From: Candidatus Sericytochromatia bacterium
GTDB taxonomy: Bacteria > Cyanobacteriota > Sericytochromatia > S15B-MN24 > VGJW01
Assembly (NCBI GenBank): GCA_035285865.1
Contig: JAYKHS010000022.1
Coordinates: 32,001-96,000 of the forward strand
DNA length: 64,000 bases
Reading direction: 5' to 3'
Shown: one piece after another, positions 18,699-28,387 of the stretch
Position numbering within the stretch: position 1 is the first letter of the stretch
How the letters are laid out: each line of letters opens with the position of its first letter
Position numbers and translations under genes: made by a program
Notes under the pieces: model-generated
Told to the model about the DNA's origin: nothing
Seen by the model: only the letters and a program-made list of their open reading frames with translations
Database searches by the model: none

Positions 18699-20339
18699 GT
18701 GCCCGTGTTAGAACGGAACGTGCGTAGCATCACCCTTGCAGGCCTCGCCGGCGCCCTGTTGTCGGCCGGTGGGGCGACAATTGCCAGCGCCGACACTCGG
18801 AACATCGGAGCCGCATGGTCTGCACCCCTGCGCGTTCGCCTGGCGCAGGAGCCTGACTTGCTGCTGCCGCATGCAACCGGGATGGCTGTGGCACGCGATG
18901 TCTCGATGCTCATCCACGCCGGTCTCTGGCGGCGGAATCCTGAAGGTGCCTGGGATGCCGACCTTGCTGCTTCACCCCCGAAACTGCGCGCGCACGGGGG
19001 ACATTGGGAGGCTTCGGTCGTGCTTGCCCGGGGGCGGCGGTGGCACGACGGGCAGCCGGTTCGTGCGGCCGATGTGGTCGCAACGTGGCGTTACCTGAAG
19101 GATGTCCGTCGTGCCCGGGTGCTGGATCGGGCCGTTCTGGACCACCTCGTGCGGGTCGAGGCTCGGGGCGAGGATCGGGTGACAGCTGTCTTCGATCGTG
19201 CTCTAGCCGCGTGGCCGGCTGCCTTCGAGGCGATTTATCCGGCCCATCTTCTCGTGCAGCCTGATCGCTGGCGCAGGGCCGAACGCGAGCCCGTCGGAGC
19301 CGGACCCTACCGACTGGCTGAGTGGCAGCCGGGTCTGCGGTTGTTGCTCCAGCCTGTGAAGCAGCGCGGGGCACGCCCCCTGCAACTCGAGATCGTGCCG
19401 GATGACGGGGCGGCTGTCGTCCGGATGATGGCCGGGGACCTCGACGTGATGCCGGCCGTGCCTGGTCCGATGCTCGAGCGTGTCGGGGCCCTGCCGGGCG
19501 TGCTGATCCGGCGAAAAGACACGATCTCGGTCGAGGCCATCGTCTTCGATCTTGGTCATCCGGTTCTGGGCGACCGTGCCGTCCGGGAAGCACTCACGCT
19601 CGCCGTCGATCGTCGCCTTCTGGCGCGTTCGGCTTGGGCGGGCCTGGCTCGGCCTGCCGAGACCGACCGGGCGATAGGCGCGGGCCTCGCGGCGAGGGTC
19701 TGGGCCGGACCGCCGGATCCGGTCGCGGCGAAGCACCTGCTGGATCGGTCCGGCTGGCGCCCCGGGCCGGACGGCGTGCGCGTGCGGCGAGGCCTTCGCT
19801 TGACCGTACCGCTGGTGATGCCGACCAGCAGGAGGCCTCGTGAGGCCATGGCTCTGGCCATCCGGGCCATGTGGACGCGGCTCGGGGTGGATGTTCGTCT
19901 GGAACCGATTCATCCGTCCCGGTTCTTCGCGGTCGGTGGCCCGCTTTCCCGTCCGGGATACGGCGCGGCCTTGTGGTCGTGGGAACAGGACCCCGACGGG
20001 GATGTCCGGAACATGTGGCGTTCGGATCGTCGGCCTCCTGTCGGGGGCAACGTTTCGGGGGTGGCCGATCCCGAACTCGACCGCTGGCTGGACGCCGCTG
20101 CGGCGGAGCTGAACGGGGCCGCGCGTCAAGCCACGCTTGACCGGATTTCGGCGCGCCTTCGTCGCCACGCAGTCCTGCTGCCCCTCGTCACGCCCGCACA
20201 GGCCTGGGGCTGTCCCGACAGTCTGACGGGCTGCGGGCCCCGACCATGGTCCGCGCTGGGCAATCCTTGGACGTGGTCCCCCGCCGAGGTTCAGAAGGAC
20301 TCGGGTGCCAGCGTGCCGCAGGCCTCCTGGATGCGCTGA
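18699..20339 (+). CDS. Peptide/nickel ABC transporter substrate-binding protein (SBP family 5)
   Basis: WHDGQPVRAADV, PVGAGPY, VREALTLAVDR, GWRPGPDGVR; signal peptide; start uncertain. Confidence 0.9.
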   Translation: MPVLERNVRSITLAGLAGALLSAGGATIASADTRNIGAAWSAPLRVRLAQEPDLLLPHATGMAVARDVSMLIHAGLWRRNPEGAWDADLAASPPKLRAHGGHWEASVVLARGRRWHDGQPVRAADVVATWRYLKDVRRARVLDRAVLDHLVRVEARGEDRVTAVFDRALAAWPAAFEAIYPAHLLVQPDRWRRAEREPVGAGPYRLAEWQPGLRLLLQPVKQRGARPLQLEIVPDDGAAVVRMMAGDLDVMPAVPGPMLERVGALPGVLIRRKDTISVEAIVFDLGHPVLGDRAVREALTLAVDRRLLARSAWAGLARPAETDRAIGAGLAARVWAGPPDPVAAKHLLDRSGWRPGPDGVRVRRGLRLTVPLVMPTSRRPREAMALAIRAMWTRLGVDVRLEPIHPSRFFAVGGPLSRPGYGAALWSWEQDPDGDVRNMWRSDRRPPVGGNVSGVADPELDRWLDAAAAELNGAARQATLDRISARLRRHAVLLPLVTPAQAWGCPDSLTGCGPRPWSALGNPWTWSPAEVQKDSGASVPQASWMR

Positions 20340-21232
20340 AGGTTGGCCTGCAGGGCTGCGGCCTCCCGGGCGAACCGAGGATGGCGGCCGTGGTAGACGG
20401 GCTTCATCGGGTCCAGTTCGCGACACAAGTCCCTGACCTGAGTGATGTGGGGCTCGGAGAGCCGGGCTGTCGGCAACATGCACAGACCCTCGAAAAGAGG
20501 ACCAAGGGCTTCCAGTTCCCGAACGGCATCAGGGGCCTGCCGATTGGCCTCCCGCTGCTGGATGGCCTGCGTCAGGCGGCGGACCGTTATGCCGATCTCG
20601 ACGAGCCACGCCGGCTTCGCCTCATCTCGTGCCGCACCGCTGTCCAACATGTGCCGAGTCAGGATGAGGTCCTCCCAGTAGGTCAGTTTGAGCGGGTTCA
20701 GGCGCTCGATCTGACTCATCCAGTGGACGGCCCTGAGTTGCTGTTCGGCGGAGAGGCTGGCCGGATGGAAGGCGTCGATCATCCGGCGCTTCGCTGCAAG
20801 GCCCTGCATCCAGCGCAGGTCGTCCTGAGGACCGCGAGAATCTAGGGGATTGGCGATGGCCTTGTCGATGGCTTCCAGCAGGGCTTCGCGCACGGGTGCG
20901 GCGTTGAACTTGCGGGTCAGGAAACTGCGCGAGGGACGGCCGAGCAGGTCCTCCGGCATGGTCGTCAGTGTAGGCGCTTTGCCGCCGCCGGGTTGGGTGC
21001 CCATCGGCCGTGTCGCGCTGGGTCTTGCGGCACGGTCGCTTGTCGCCTTCTGTCCCCCACTCCGGGCCGTCCTCGCGTCGGCAGATGCCGTACCTGCTCC
21101 TCCGACACGGCGGAGGCTTTCCTTGGCAACGGGCTTGCGGCCGAAGATCCGTTGCCAGAAGGTCGGCTCCGGCTCGGGTTGCTTCTGGCCCTCGACCGGA
21201 TCGCGTTTCAGGGATGTCTTCTTCTTGGTCAT
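20291..21232 (-). CDS. Hypothetical protein (basic disordered N-terminus, helical C-terminus)
   Basis: Long ORF filling the gap with plausible codon usage; no recognised motif; 3' end overlaps the SBP gene by 49 bp; start uncertain. Confidence 0.55.
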   Translation of the reverse strand: MTKKKTSLKRDPVEGQKQPEPEPTFWQRIFGRKPVAKESLRRVGGAGTASADARTARSGGQKATSDRAARPSATRPMGTQPGGGKAPTLTTMPEDLLGRPSRSFLTRKFNAAPVREALLEAIDKAIANPLDSRGPQDDLRWMQGLAAKRRMIDAFHPASLSAEQQLRAVHWMSQIERLNPLKLTYWEDLILTRHMLDSGAARDEAKPAWLVEIGITVRRLTQAIQQREANRQAPDAVRELEALGPLFEGLCMLPTARLSEPHITQVRDLCRELDPMKPVYHGRHPRFAREAAALQANLQRIQEACGTLAPESF

Positions 21233-21327
21233 GCCGGTCTTCTGCTGAATGGGCGGCCTCAAACGGACACCCATGTGCATGCATGGTGCATGGGATTGGC
21301 AAGGTTCGGCACCTTGTGGTCCATTAA

Positions 21328-22182
21328 ATGGTTATGAAATCTCTTCGGTTGATGTGCCTTGGGGCGTCTCTGCTCTCGCTTGTCCTGGGTGCTTGCGGCG
21401 TGCCCCAAGGACCGATGGCACCGGCAGGCATCCCGGGCTTGCGCTCGGCTGGTGTCGCGGGTACCGAAGGCGCGTGGGGCTTCGCGCGCCCGAAGGATCT
21501 GGAGGCGCTGACCCGCACCATCGAGCGCCTTGAGAGCCGCTACCGGGGCAGCGAGGATGCCCGGGCGATCTTCGCCACCACCTACCTGCTGACGACACGC
21601 AACATCATCAAGGCCATGGATCGCGGGACCTTTGCGGATCGGGGCCGCATGGAGCGCATCACGCTGGCCTTCGGAGGACTCTGGCTGGATGCGCTCGAGG
21701 CTGAGGACGGTGGTCGACCGGGGGACGTGCCTCCGGCGTGGCGTCTCGCTTTCGATGCCGGTCGCCGGGACAAGGTATCCCCTGCGCGCGTGTTGATGCT
21801 GTCCATCAATGCGCACGTCATCCGCGACCTGCCCTTTGCCGTGGTGGCCGCAGCGCGCCCGGATGCGTCGCTGGAGCCCGACTTCAAGGCCCTGAACAAG
21901 GTGCTGGCCGACGAAGTGCCCGAGGTCAGGCGTACTTTGGTGGCCCGTTATCGGACGTGGCCCGAGGACGTGACGGATCGGCTCGACGATCGTCTGCCGG
22001 GCCTTGCGATGGGTGCCGCTCGGGCGCTCTCGTGGCGTCTGGCCGTGCAGCTTGCGGCCGACCCCGTCGCTGGCGCGCGCGTGGTCGAGGACCGTGCCGC
22101 GCAGTCCGGCAGGCTGGTGGACCAGCCTGCACTGCTCGATGCCATCTGGGCCTGGATGCGCTGGACGACGCGCGTGGGATGA
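21328..22182 (+). CDS. DUF5995-like lipoprotein
   Basis: Lipobox LGAC; FATTYLLTT, PPAWRLAF, INAHVIRDLPFA motifs. Confidence 0.7.
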   Translation: MVMKSLRLMCLGASLLSLVLGACGVPQGPMAPAGIPGLRSAGVAGTEGAWGFARPKDLEALTRTIERLESRYRGSEDARAIFATTYLLTTRNIIKAMDRGTFADRGRMERITLAFGGLWLDALEAEDGGRPGDVPPAWRLAFDAGRRDKVSPARVLMLSINAHVIRDLPFAVVAAARPDASLEPDFKALNKVLADEVPEVRRTLVARYRTWPEDVTDRLDDRLPGLAMGAARALSWRLAVQLAADPVAGARVVEDRAAQSGRLVDQPALLDAIWAWMRWTTRVG

Positions 22183-22189
22183 TGGGCCC

Positions 22190-22597
22190 ATGCTCTACCT
22201 GCTGAAGTCCGATCCCGAGACCTACGCCTTCGGGGACCTCCTGCGTGATGTCGAGACGAACTGGGACGGCGTGCGCAACGTTCAGGCCTCGCGCGTGCTT
22301 GCGACCATCCGACCCGGTGATGGCTTGCTGATTTATCATTCGAACACGGACAAGGCCGTGGTGGGCTTGGCTCAGGCCATAGGCATGCCCGAGCCCGACC
22401 CGGGCGATCCCACCGGCAAGTTCGTCCAGGTGCGCATTCGCGTGCTGCGCCAACTCGAGCGCCCTGTCACGCTGGCAGACTTCAAGGCGGCCTGGCCTGA
22501 CTTCGCGCTGGTCCGGCAGTCCCGGCTCTCGTGCATGGCCGTGCCTGAGGCGATGACGCGTTGGCTGTCCGAGCGGGGCGTGGCCTTCCCGGACTGA
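22190..22597 (+). CDS. EVE domain protein
   Basis: YLLKSDP, WDGVRNVQA, YHSN, RQSRLS. Confidence 0.92.
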   Translation: MLYLLKSDPETYAFGDLLRDVETNWDGVRNVQASRVLATIRPGDGLLIYHSNTDKAVVGLAQAIGMPEPDPGDPTGKFVQVRIRVLRQLERPVTLADFKAAWPDFALVRQSRLSCMAVPEAMTRWLSERGVAFPD

Positions 22598-22604
22598 GGC
22601 GTCT

Positions 22605-24005
22605 TCAGGCGCTCCGGCCGTCAGCCGGAGCGACGTCCCCGGCAGGAAACGCACGGGGCAAGGCCTCGACCAGATGGCCGATCCCGTGCACCGCAAGGCC
22701 TTCAGGAATCGTGAGGCCCTCGAGGTTGCCCCTGGGCACCAGCGCTTCCGTGAAGCCGAGTTTCGCCGCCTCGTGGAGGCGTGCCTCGATTTGTCCGACG
22801 CGCCGAATCTCCGCTCCGAGGCCGATCTCGCCGATTGCGACCAGGGGATCGGGCAACGGGACGCCCCGGGTGGCACTGATGATGGCGAGCGCGAGCGCCA
22901 GATCTCCTGCCGGTTCGTCCATGTGCAGGCCACCGATCACATTGGCGTGCACGTCGGCATGGGCCATGTCGAGGCCAAGTCTTCGGTCCAGCACGGCGAG
23001 GATCTGGATGAGCCTGCCCGGATCGAGCCCGTTGGCTGCCCGGCGTGGGGAGCCGGATGGGGTGGGCGCCACCAGCGCCTGGACCTCGAGCAGCAACGGG
23101 CGCGTGCCTTCGAGCAAGACGCCCACGGCGCTGCCGCTGGCTCCCGGCGACCGTTCGGCAAGGAACAGGGCAGAAGGGTCGGCGACTTCGCTCAGGCCGG
23201 TGCCCGTCATCTCGAAGACGCCGACTTCCAAGGTCGAGCCAAAGCGGTTCTTGAGCGTACGAAGCAGGCGGTGCGCCCTGTAGCGGTCTCCTTCGAAGGA
23301 GAGCACCGTGTCCACGAGGTGCTCCAGCACGCGGGGGCCTGCCAGTGTGCCTTCCTTGGTGACGTGGCCGACGAGCACGACGGGCAGGCCGCTGCGCTTG
23401 GCAACTTGCTGGAATTGCAGGGCTGCTTCACGGACCTGGGCCACCGAACCCGGGACGGACGAGAGCTCGGGGTCCTGCATGGCCTGGACGGAGTCGACCA
23501 CCACGAAGTCGGGTCCGAGTACCTTGATGGCTTCGAGGACCGTGGGCATGTCCGACTCACAAAGGAGGTGCAAGTGCTCATCAAGGGCATCCAGTCGCTC
23601 GGCACGCAGGCGAATCTGGTGGGCCGACTCCTCGCCCGAGAGGTAAAGCACGGTGCGCTGCTGCCGCGCAAGGGCGGCGGCCATCTGCATCGTCAGGGTG
23701 CTCTTTCCGGCGCCGGGTTCCCCGCCCAGGAGCATCAAGGCCCCGGGGACGATGCCGCCACCGAGGACGCGGTCGACCTCGCCGAGGCCCGTGGCCAGTC
23801 GAACGTGACCCTCGGCCGGTACCTGCGTGATGGGCGTCGGCCGGGCTCCTGTGCCGAGACGGGCCGCAGGGCTACCGCCGGCGCTCGGCGCCTCACGCTC
23901 CTCAACGTAGCTGTTCCAAGCCCCGCAGGCCGGACAGCGGCCATACGCCCTCGGGCGGATATCTCCGCAAGCCTGGCAGGTGAAGTGAACCCTGGCCTTC
24001 GCCAA
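22605..24005 (-). CDS. radA: DNA repair protein RadA/Sms
   Basis: C4 zinc finger, GEPGAGKS Walker A, KNRFG, Lon-like C-terminus. Confidence 0.97.
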   Translation of the reverse strand: MAKARVHFTCQACGDIRPRAYGRCPACGAWNSYVEEREAPSAGGSPAARLGTGARPTPITQVPAEGHVRLATGLGEVDRVLGGGIVPGALMLLGGEPGAGKSTLTMQMAAALARQQRTVLYLSGEESAHQIRLRAERLDALDEHLHLLCESDMPTVLEAIKVLGPDFVVVDSVQAMQDPELSSVPGSVAQVREAALQFQQVAKRSGLPVVLVGHVTKEGTLAGPRVLEHLVDTVLSFEGDRYRAHRLLRTLKNRFGSTLEVGVFEMTGTGLSEVADPSALFLAERSPGASGSAVGVLLEGTRPLLLEVQALVAPTPSGSPRRAANGLDPGRLIQILAVLDRRLGLDMAHADVHANVIGGLHMDEPAGDLALALAIISATRGVPLPDPLVAIGEIGLGAEIRRVGQIEARLHEAAKLGFTEALVPRGNLEGLTIPEGLAVHGIGHLVEALPRAFPAGDVAPADGRSA

Positions 24006-24014
24006 GGCAGCCGC

Positions 24015-24815
24015 CTAGCCCTGGCGCTGGACGATTTCGTTCGCTTCCTCGGCCAGCTGCCGCAGGCGCTCCGTGGGGATGGCGAACTTGTCCAGAATGT
24101 AGGGCCGCAGCGGGTAGAAGTTGCTCTTGAGACCGAGCTTCATCTGGATCCAGTTCACCAGGACGTTGCCCAAGTGCACGATCTCCGTCAGGGACACGTC
24201 CAGCGTGGCCTTCTCGGGCGTGTGATGGTGCTCGACGGCCTCGCGGATGTGAGGCGGCAGGCCCCAGTGCGTGCACATCTTGGCCCCGATGTAGCTGTGG
24301 TTGAACCCGAAGGCCTCGTCCTCGGCGGTGAACAAGGCTTTGGCCTTGGCCGAAGTCACGCGCAGGACGGCGTTGATCTCGTCGAAGGCGTACCGGTTGA
24401 GCACGGCCTTGCCGATGTCGTGGAACAGACCGGCCACGAAGGCGTCATGGGTGTTGCGGTAGCCGGACTCGCGGGCCAGAGCCTGGCAGCAGTACCCCAC
24501 GATCCGGCTGTGGCGCCAGAGGTTTCCCTGCATCAGTTCGAGCGTCTCGGAGTTCACCCGGTCGCCCTCGGTCGCCGTCATCAGCATCTCGACCGTCCGC
24601 AATCCGAGCGCCATCATCATGCTGTGCAGCGTGAACTCGCCGGACTGCTGGATCATCCGGGCCAGCACGGGGTCAGCGGCCGCTGCGGACTGAATCCGAT
24701 CGATGGCATCAGGCAGCAGGGTGCCGGACTCATCCCAGAGACTCGCCAGCGACGCGACGGCCGGGAGCTGGTCGACCTTGGAAAGCAGGAAACTGGCGAG
24801 TTCGGTATTGGCCAT
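24015..24815 (-). CDS. HDOD domain protein
   Basis: LPAV, DPVLA, LWRHS, AGLFHDIGK, HSYIG, WGLP, HH. Confidence 0.85.
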   Translation of the reverse strand: MANTELASFLLSKVDQLPAVASLASLWDESGTLLPDAIDRIQSAAAADPVLARMIQQSGEFTLHSMMMALGLRTVEMLMTATEGDRVNSETLELMQGNLWRHSRIVGYCCQALARESGYRNTHDAFVAGLFHDIGKAVLNRYAFDEINAVLRVTSAKAKALFTAEDEAFGFNHSYIGAKMCTHWGLPPHIREAVEHHHTPEKATLDVSLTEIVHLGNVLVNWIQMKLGLKSNFYPLRPYILDKFAIPTERLRQLAEEANEIVQRQG

Positions 24816-24908
24816 GGTGAGACGATGTTCCCTCGTAGGGTGCGGCTGCCGATGTCAGGTGCAAGGCAGGACATTCCCGGCAGGTTGCCGATACATTCTA
24901 TACCCCAA

Positions 24909-25781
24909 TCACCCTTTCACGGACCCGGCCGTCAGGCCCGAGACGATGAATCGCTGCAGCAGCAGCATGGTGACGACGACAGGCAGCGAGAGCAGCAACG
25001 ACAGTGCGGCGAACTCGGACCACGGGCGTGTGGTGCCGTACTGGCCGACCATGTTGTACAGCGCCATCGACAGGGTGAATGTCCGTGGGTCCTCGAGGAA
25101 GGTCCAGGCCATGACGATCTCGGTCCAGCCGGCCATGAAGCCGAAGAGCGTCGTGACGGCGAGGCCGGGTGCGGCCAGCGGCAGAACGACCTGCAGGAAC
25201 GTGCGCAAGGGGCCGCAGCCATCCATCACGGCCGCCTCCTCGAGCTCCTTGGGCACGGTGTCGAAAGTGCCCTTCAGGTTCCAGATCGCGAATGGCAAGG
25301 TGCCTGAGGCATAGGCCAGTGCCAGTCCGACGAGCGAGGTCCGCAGGTGCAGGGCCGAGAGCAGGACGAAGAGCGGTGCCATGCTGGCGACCGGGGGGAA
25401 GAGTTGCAGCACCATGAACCCGACGAGTCCGGCCCTGCGACCGGGGAAGTTGAAGCGGCTGAAAGCATAGGCGGCGCAGGCACCCAGCGCGATGCAGGCC
25501 ACGGCCGTGCCCCCGGCGAGCAACAGGCTGTTCAGGGCTAGATCGACGAAGCGGATGCCTTCGATTTCGGTCGGATGGGTCAGGACCTGGCGGAAGGCAT
25601 CAAGCGATGGCTGGGCAGGCCAGAGGCGCAAGGAAGTCGGGTGTGCCTCGCTGCCCTTGTCGAGGGCCATGGCAACCACCCAGACGACCGGGAACAGCGC
25701 GAACATGCTGGCGGCCGCCAGTCCGAGGTGAGCCCCCAGCAGACCAATCCATCCGGCGAGGCCGGTTTTGCGGGCATTCAT
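24909..25781 (-). CDS. Sugar ABC transporter permease (MalG-like)
   Basis: AYAFSRFNFPG, ELEEAAVMDG EAA loop, GLTAGSVKG C-terminus. Confidence 0.93.
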   Translation of the reverse strand: MNARKTGLAGWIGLLGAHLGLAAASMFALFPVVWVVAMALDKGSEAHPTSLRLWPAQPSLDAFRQVLTHPTEIEGIRFVDLALNSLLLAGGTAVACIALGACAAYAFSRFNFPGRRAGLVGFMVLQLFPPVASMAPLFVLLSALHLRTSLVGLALAYASGTLPFAIWNLKGTFDTVPKELEEAAVMDGCGPLRTFLQVVLPLAAPGLAVTTLFGFMAGWTEIVMAWTFLEDPRTFTLSMALYNMVGQYGTTRPWSEFAALSLLLSLPVVVTMLLLQRFIVSGLTAGSVKG

Positions 25782-26677
25782 CGGTCTTCCACCGCCCGGG
25801 TCAGGCGCACCTGCAGCAACGTGAAGGCCAGCAGGATGACGAAGATGATCAGCGCGAAGGCCGAGGCCGTGCCGTACAGTCCGAGCGGATCCACGAACCT
25901 GTAGGCCTGTGTCACCAGGATCTCGGTCTGGCCGAGCGGTTCGCCCCTCCCCACGAAGTAGAGGACGTTGAACTGATTGAAGGTCCAGATGAAGCCCATC
26001 AGAACCGCCGGCACCAGCGTGGGCCGCAGTTGTGGCAGCGTCACGTGGCGGAATCGCTGCCATGCCGATGCGCCGTCAAGGGCGGCCGCCTCCTGGGTCT
26101 CGCGCGGAATGGCCTTGAGTCCGGCCGAGGTGACCATCATCATGAAGGGGAATCCCAGCCAGATGTTGGTCGTCAGCACCGCGGCGAAGGCCGTGCCGAA
26201 ATGCGCGAACCAGTCCGGGCCCGTGATGCCCCACGAGGCCAGCAGCAGATTCACGGCGCCGGACTGTGCGTCGAACATGTTGCGCCACGTCAGCGACGTC
26301 ACGTAGGTGGGCACTGCCCACGGCAGGATCAGTGCCGCCCGGTAGAGGCGACTGCCCCGCAGTCCGGGACGGTCCAGCAGCAGGGCGAGGGCTACGCCAA
26401 GCGTGACGTGGAAGGCCAGGTTGACGAAGGTCCACAGCAGGTTGAAGCCCAGGATGCGGGGAAACGATATGCCCAGGGCATCGCTGCCGCCCAGGATGGC
26501 CATGAAGTTGGCCAGACCCACGAAGTGGGGGTCCTGATGGCGCAGGTGGCGGACGGAAAAGTCCGTGAACGCCATGCCGATGCCGTAAAGAATCGGATAG
26601 AGGGTAACGGCCGCCATGACCAAGGCAGCCGGACCGATGAAGGCCGCGGCCAGCAGGGTGGAACGGGGAGACTTCAA
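25778..26677 (-). CDS. Sugar ABC transporter permease (MalF-like)
   Basis: FVGLANF, ILPWAVP, WLGFPFMM, EAAALDGA, FNQFN. Confidence 0.93.
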   Translation of the reverse strand: MKSPRSTLLAAAFIGPAALVMAAVTLYPILYGIGMAFTDFSVRHLRHQDPHFVGLANFMAILGGSDALGISFPRILGFNLLWTFVNLAFHVTLGVALALLLDRPGLRGSRLYRAALILPWAVPTYVTSLTWRNMFDAQSGAVNLLLASWGITGPDWFAHFGTAFAAVLTTNIWLGFPFMMMVTSAGLKAIPRETQEAAALDGASAWQRFRHVTLPQLRPTLVPAVLMGFIWTFNQFNVLYFVGRGEPLGQTEILVTQAYRFVDPLGLYGTASAFALIIFVILLAFTLLQVRLTRAVEDR

Positions 26678-27903
26678 GGAGACTCCTGGGCAGCCATGGC
26701 AGCGAGGCGCGCATCGACGGTCGCCTGGGCGCGCTTGAGGGCTTCTGCGGCTGGAACGCCATGGACGACGACTTCTTGAATGGCGCGATCCATCGGTTCC
26801 CAGACGACGCCCAGTTTCGGATCGACACGCTTGGGCGTCCCGGTCGCCAATTGCCGCTGGAATACCTCGAGCGGGGAGTTCTGGCCGAGGTTCACGCCGC
26901 GGACGGCAGGGACGTGTCCGGCTGTTTCAGCAAGCATCCGCTGCATGGCGGGTTCGGCCACCATGCGCAGGAAGCGGGCCGTCGTGCTGCGTCGGCCGAT
27001 TGGCAGGTTCGCATTGACCATGAGGCATTTCACCCCTACCCAGGGCGCGGCGGGCTTGCCTGCTCCCAACCGTGGCAAGACGGACACGCCCAGATCCGGC
27101 CCGAGTTTGGCGCGGTAGTCCGCAAGCGCCCACGGACCGTTGACGATCATCGCGGCCTTGCCTGCCTTGAAGAGTGCGTCCGGCTTGCCGTATTCCTGCG
27201 TGGCGAGGACCCCGGGTGCACGCGCTGCATCCCGTATCCAGGACAGCATCCGACGGCCCGGAGCCGTGTCCAGCGCCGGTCGCCCACGCTCGTCGAGGAC
27301 CTTGCCCCCGCCGCCCAGATAGAAGGGCGCCACGAAGTAAAACGCCGTATTGAGGACGAGCCCTCGAACGTTCTGGTCGGCGAGCACGGCTGCATCCGCG
27401 AACATCCGCGCCGTCGTCGCGGGCGGACGGCTCATCAGCCGACGATTGTAGTAGAGGGCGACGGCTTCGACCGATTCCGGCCACGCGACCATCCTGTCCG
27501 GCACGCTGACGGCCTCGCGGACCGAGGGCGGGAACTGGGTCGTCTCCTGCTCCGCCATCAGGGCGGTCGTGTCCCGGTCACCGGCGATGGGCAGCAGCAG
27601 ATCCGCCTCGGTGAAAGTCGCTGCCCAGTCGTTGTCGCCAATCAGGATGTCAGGTCCCCCGTTGGCGGCAGCCGAGCGAAGGAACTTGTCCTTGAGGCGG
27701 TCGTGAGGGATCTGCAGGGACTGGACCCTGACCTCGGGCGCGCGCTCCCGGAAGGTCTGTTCCAGTTTGCGCAGTGCCTCCAGCTCTGACCCGCCCCAAC
27801 TGTGCCAGATGGTGAGCACCGAGGGATCTGCCGGGTCCTGACATGCAGAAAGGAGGATCGAAAGACATCCGATCCCGAGGAGCTTGCGGGCTGCCTTCCG
27901 CAT
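26674..27903 (-). CDS. Sugar ABC transporter substrate-binding lipoprotein (MalE-like)
   Basis: Lipobox LSAC; TIWHSW, GPD, LYYN, GKAAMIVNGPW; start 27903 chosen from the -10 element 7 nt upstream. Confidence 0.9.
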   Translation of the reverse strand: MRKAARKLLGIGCLSILLSACQDPADPSVLTIWHSWGGSELEALRKLEQTFRERAPEVRVQSLQIPHDRLKDKFLRSAAANGGPDILIGDNDWAATFTEADLLLPIAGDRDTTALMAEQETTQFPPSVREAVSVPDRMVAWPESVEAVALYYNRRLMSRPPATTARMFADAAVLADQNVRGLVLNTAFYFVAPFYLGGGGKVLDERGRPALDTAPGRRMLSWIRDAARAPGVLATQEYGKPDALFKAGKAAMIVNGPWALADYRAKLGPDLGVSVLPRLGAGKPAAPWVGVKCLMVNANLPIGRRSTTARFLRMVAEPAMQRMLAETAGHVPAVRGVNLGQNSPLEVFQRQLATGTPKRVDPKLGVVWEPMDRAIQEVVVHGVPAAEALKRAQATVDARLAAMAAQESP

Positions 27904-27955
27904 GCGCGCCATCATAGCAAAGGCCGGTCCTCGTCGGGGGGGTTATGATGCGGGT

Positions 27956-28387
27956 ATGCCAGCCCGTGCCGTCCTGCTGCTTGCTCCCTGTCTGCTGGTC
28001 GCCTGCCAGCCGGTCGGGGCGAATCTGCAGGATCCATCCCCTGCGCCGCTCCCGCGACGGGTGATGCTGGCCGATGTGGTGGCGGGCGTCTTTGCTCCGT
28101 CGTGTTCCACCCGTTCGTGTCACGGTGCGCTCGGCGGTCAGGGCGGGCTCGTCCTCGAGGGAGAGGGTCTGCGTGCGCGTCTGGTCGAGGCCACGCCATC
28201 CACGAAAATGGCCGTGGACCTCGGGTATGGTCTTGTCGTGCCTGGGCGGCCGGATCGGAGCTGGTTGTACCTCAAGATGGCGGGACCGCCGGCCGGGGGC
28301 GGAGGAGTCATGCCACTGGGACGCGCGCCGGACGCAACACAACTGGCCCTGGTCCGGGCGTGGATCGCAGAGGGGGCGGAGCCGTGA
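27956..28387 (+). CDS. Cytochrome c-like lipoprotein (planctomycete cytochrome c-type) with CX4CH motif
   Basis: Lipobox LVAC; CSTRSCH; GGLVL; VVPGRPDRSWL; MP; RAWIAEGA. Confidence 0.7.
   Translation: MPARAVLLLAPCLLVACQPVGANLQDPSPAPLPRRVMLADVVAGVFAPSCSTRSCHGALGGQGGLVLEGEGLRARLVEATPSTKMAVDLGYGLVVPGRPDRSWLYLKMAGPPAGGGGVMPLGRAPDATQLALVRAWIAEGAEP

Noticed and set aside
21328..22597. DUF5995-like plus EVE pair as an anti-phage system
   Set aside because: The EVE protein looks like the common stand-alone type with no nuclease partner, and the region shows no defence-island or compositional signature
22674..25307. 877-aa plus-strand ORF, and similar 823-aa (13848-16319) and 899-aa (46404-49103) ORFs
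   Set aside because: Fully antisense to radA/HDOD/permease, glgP and addA; mirror-frame artefacts
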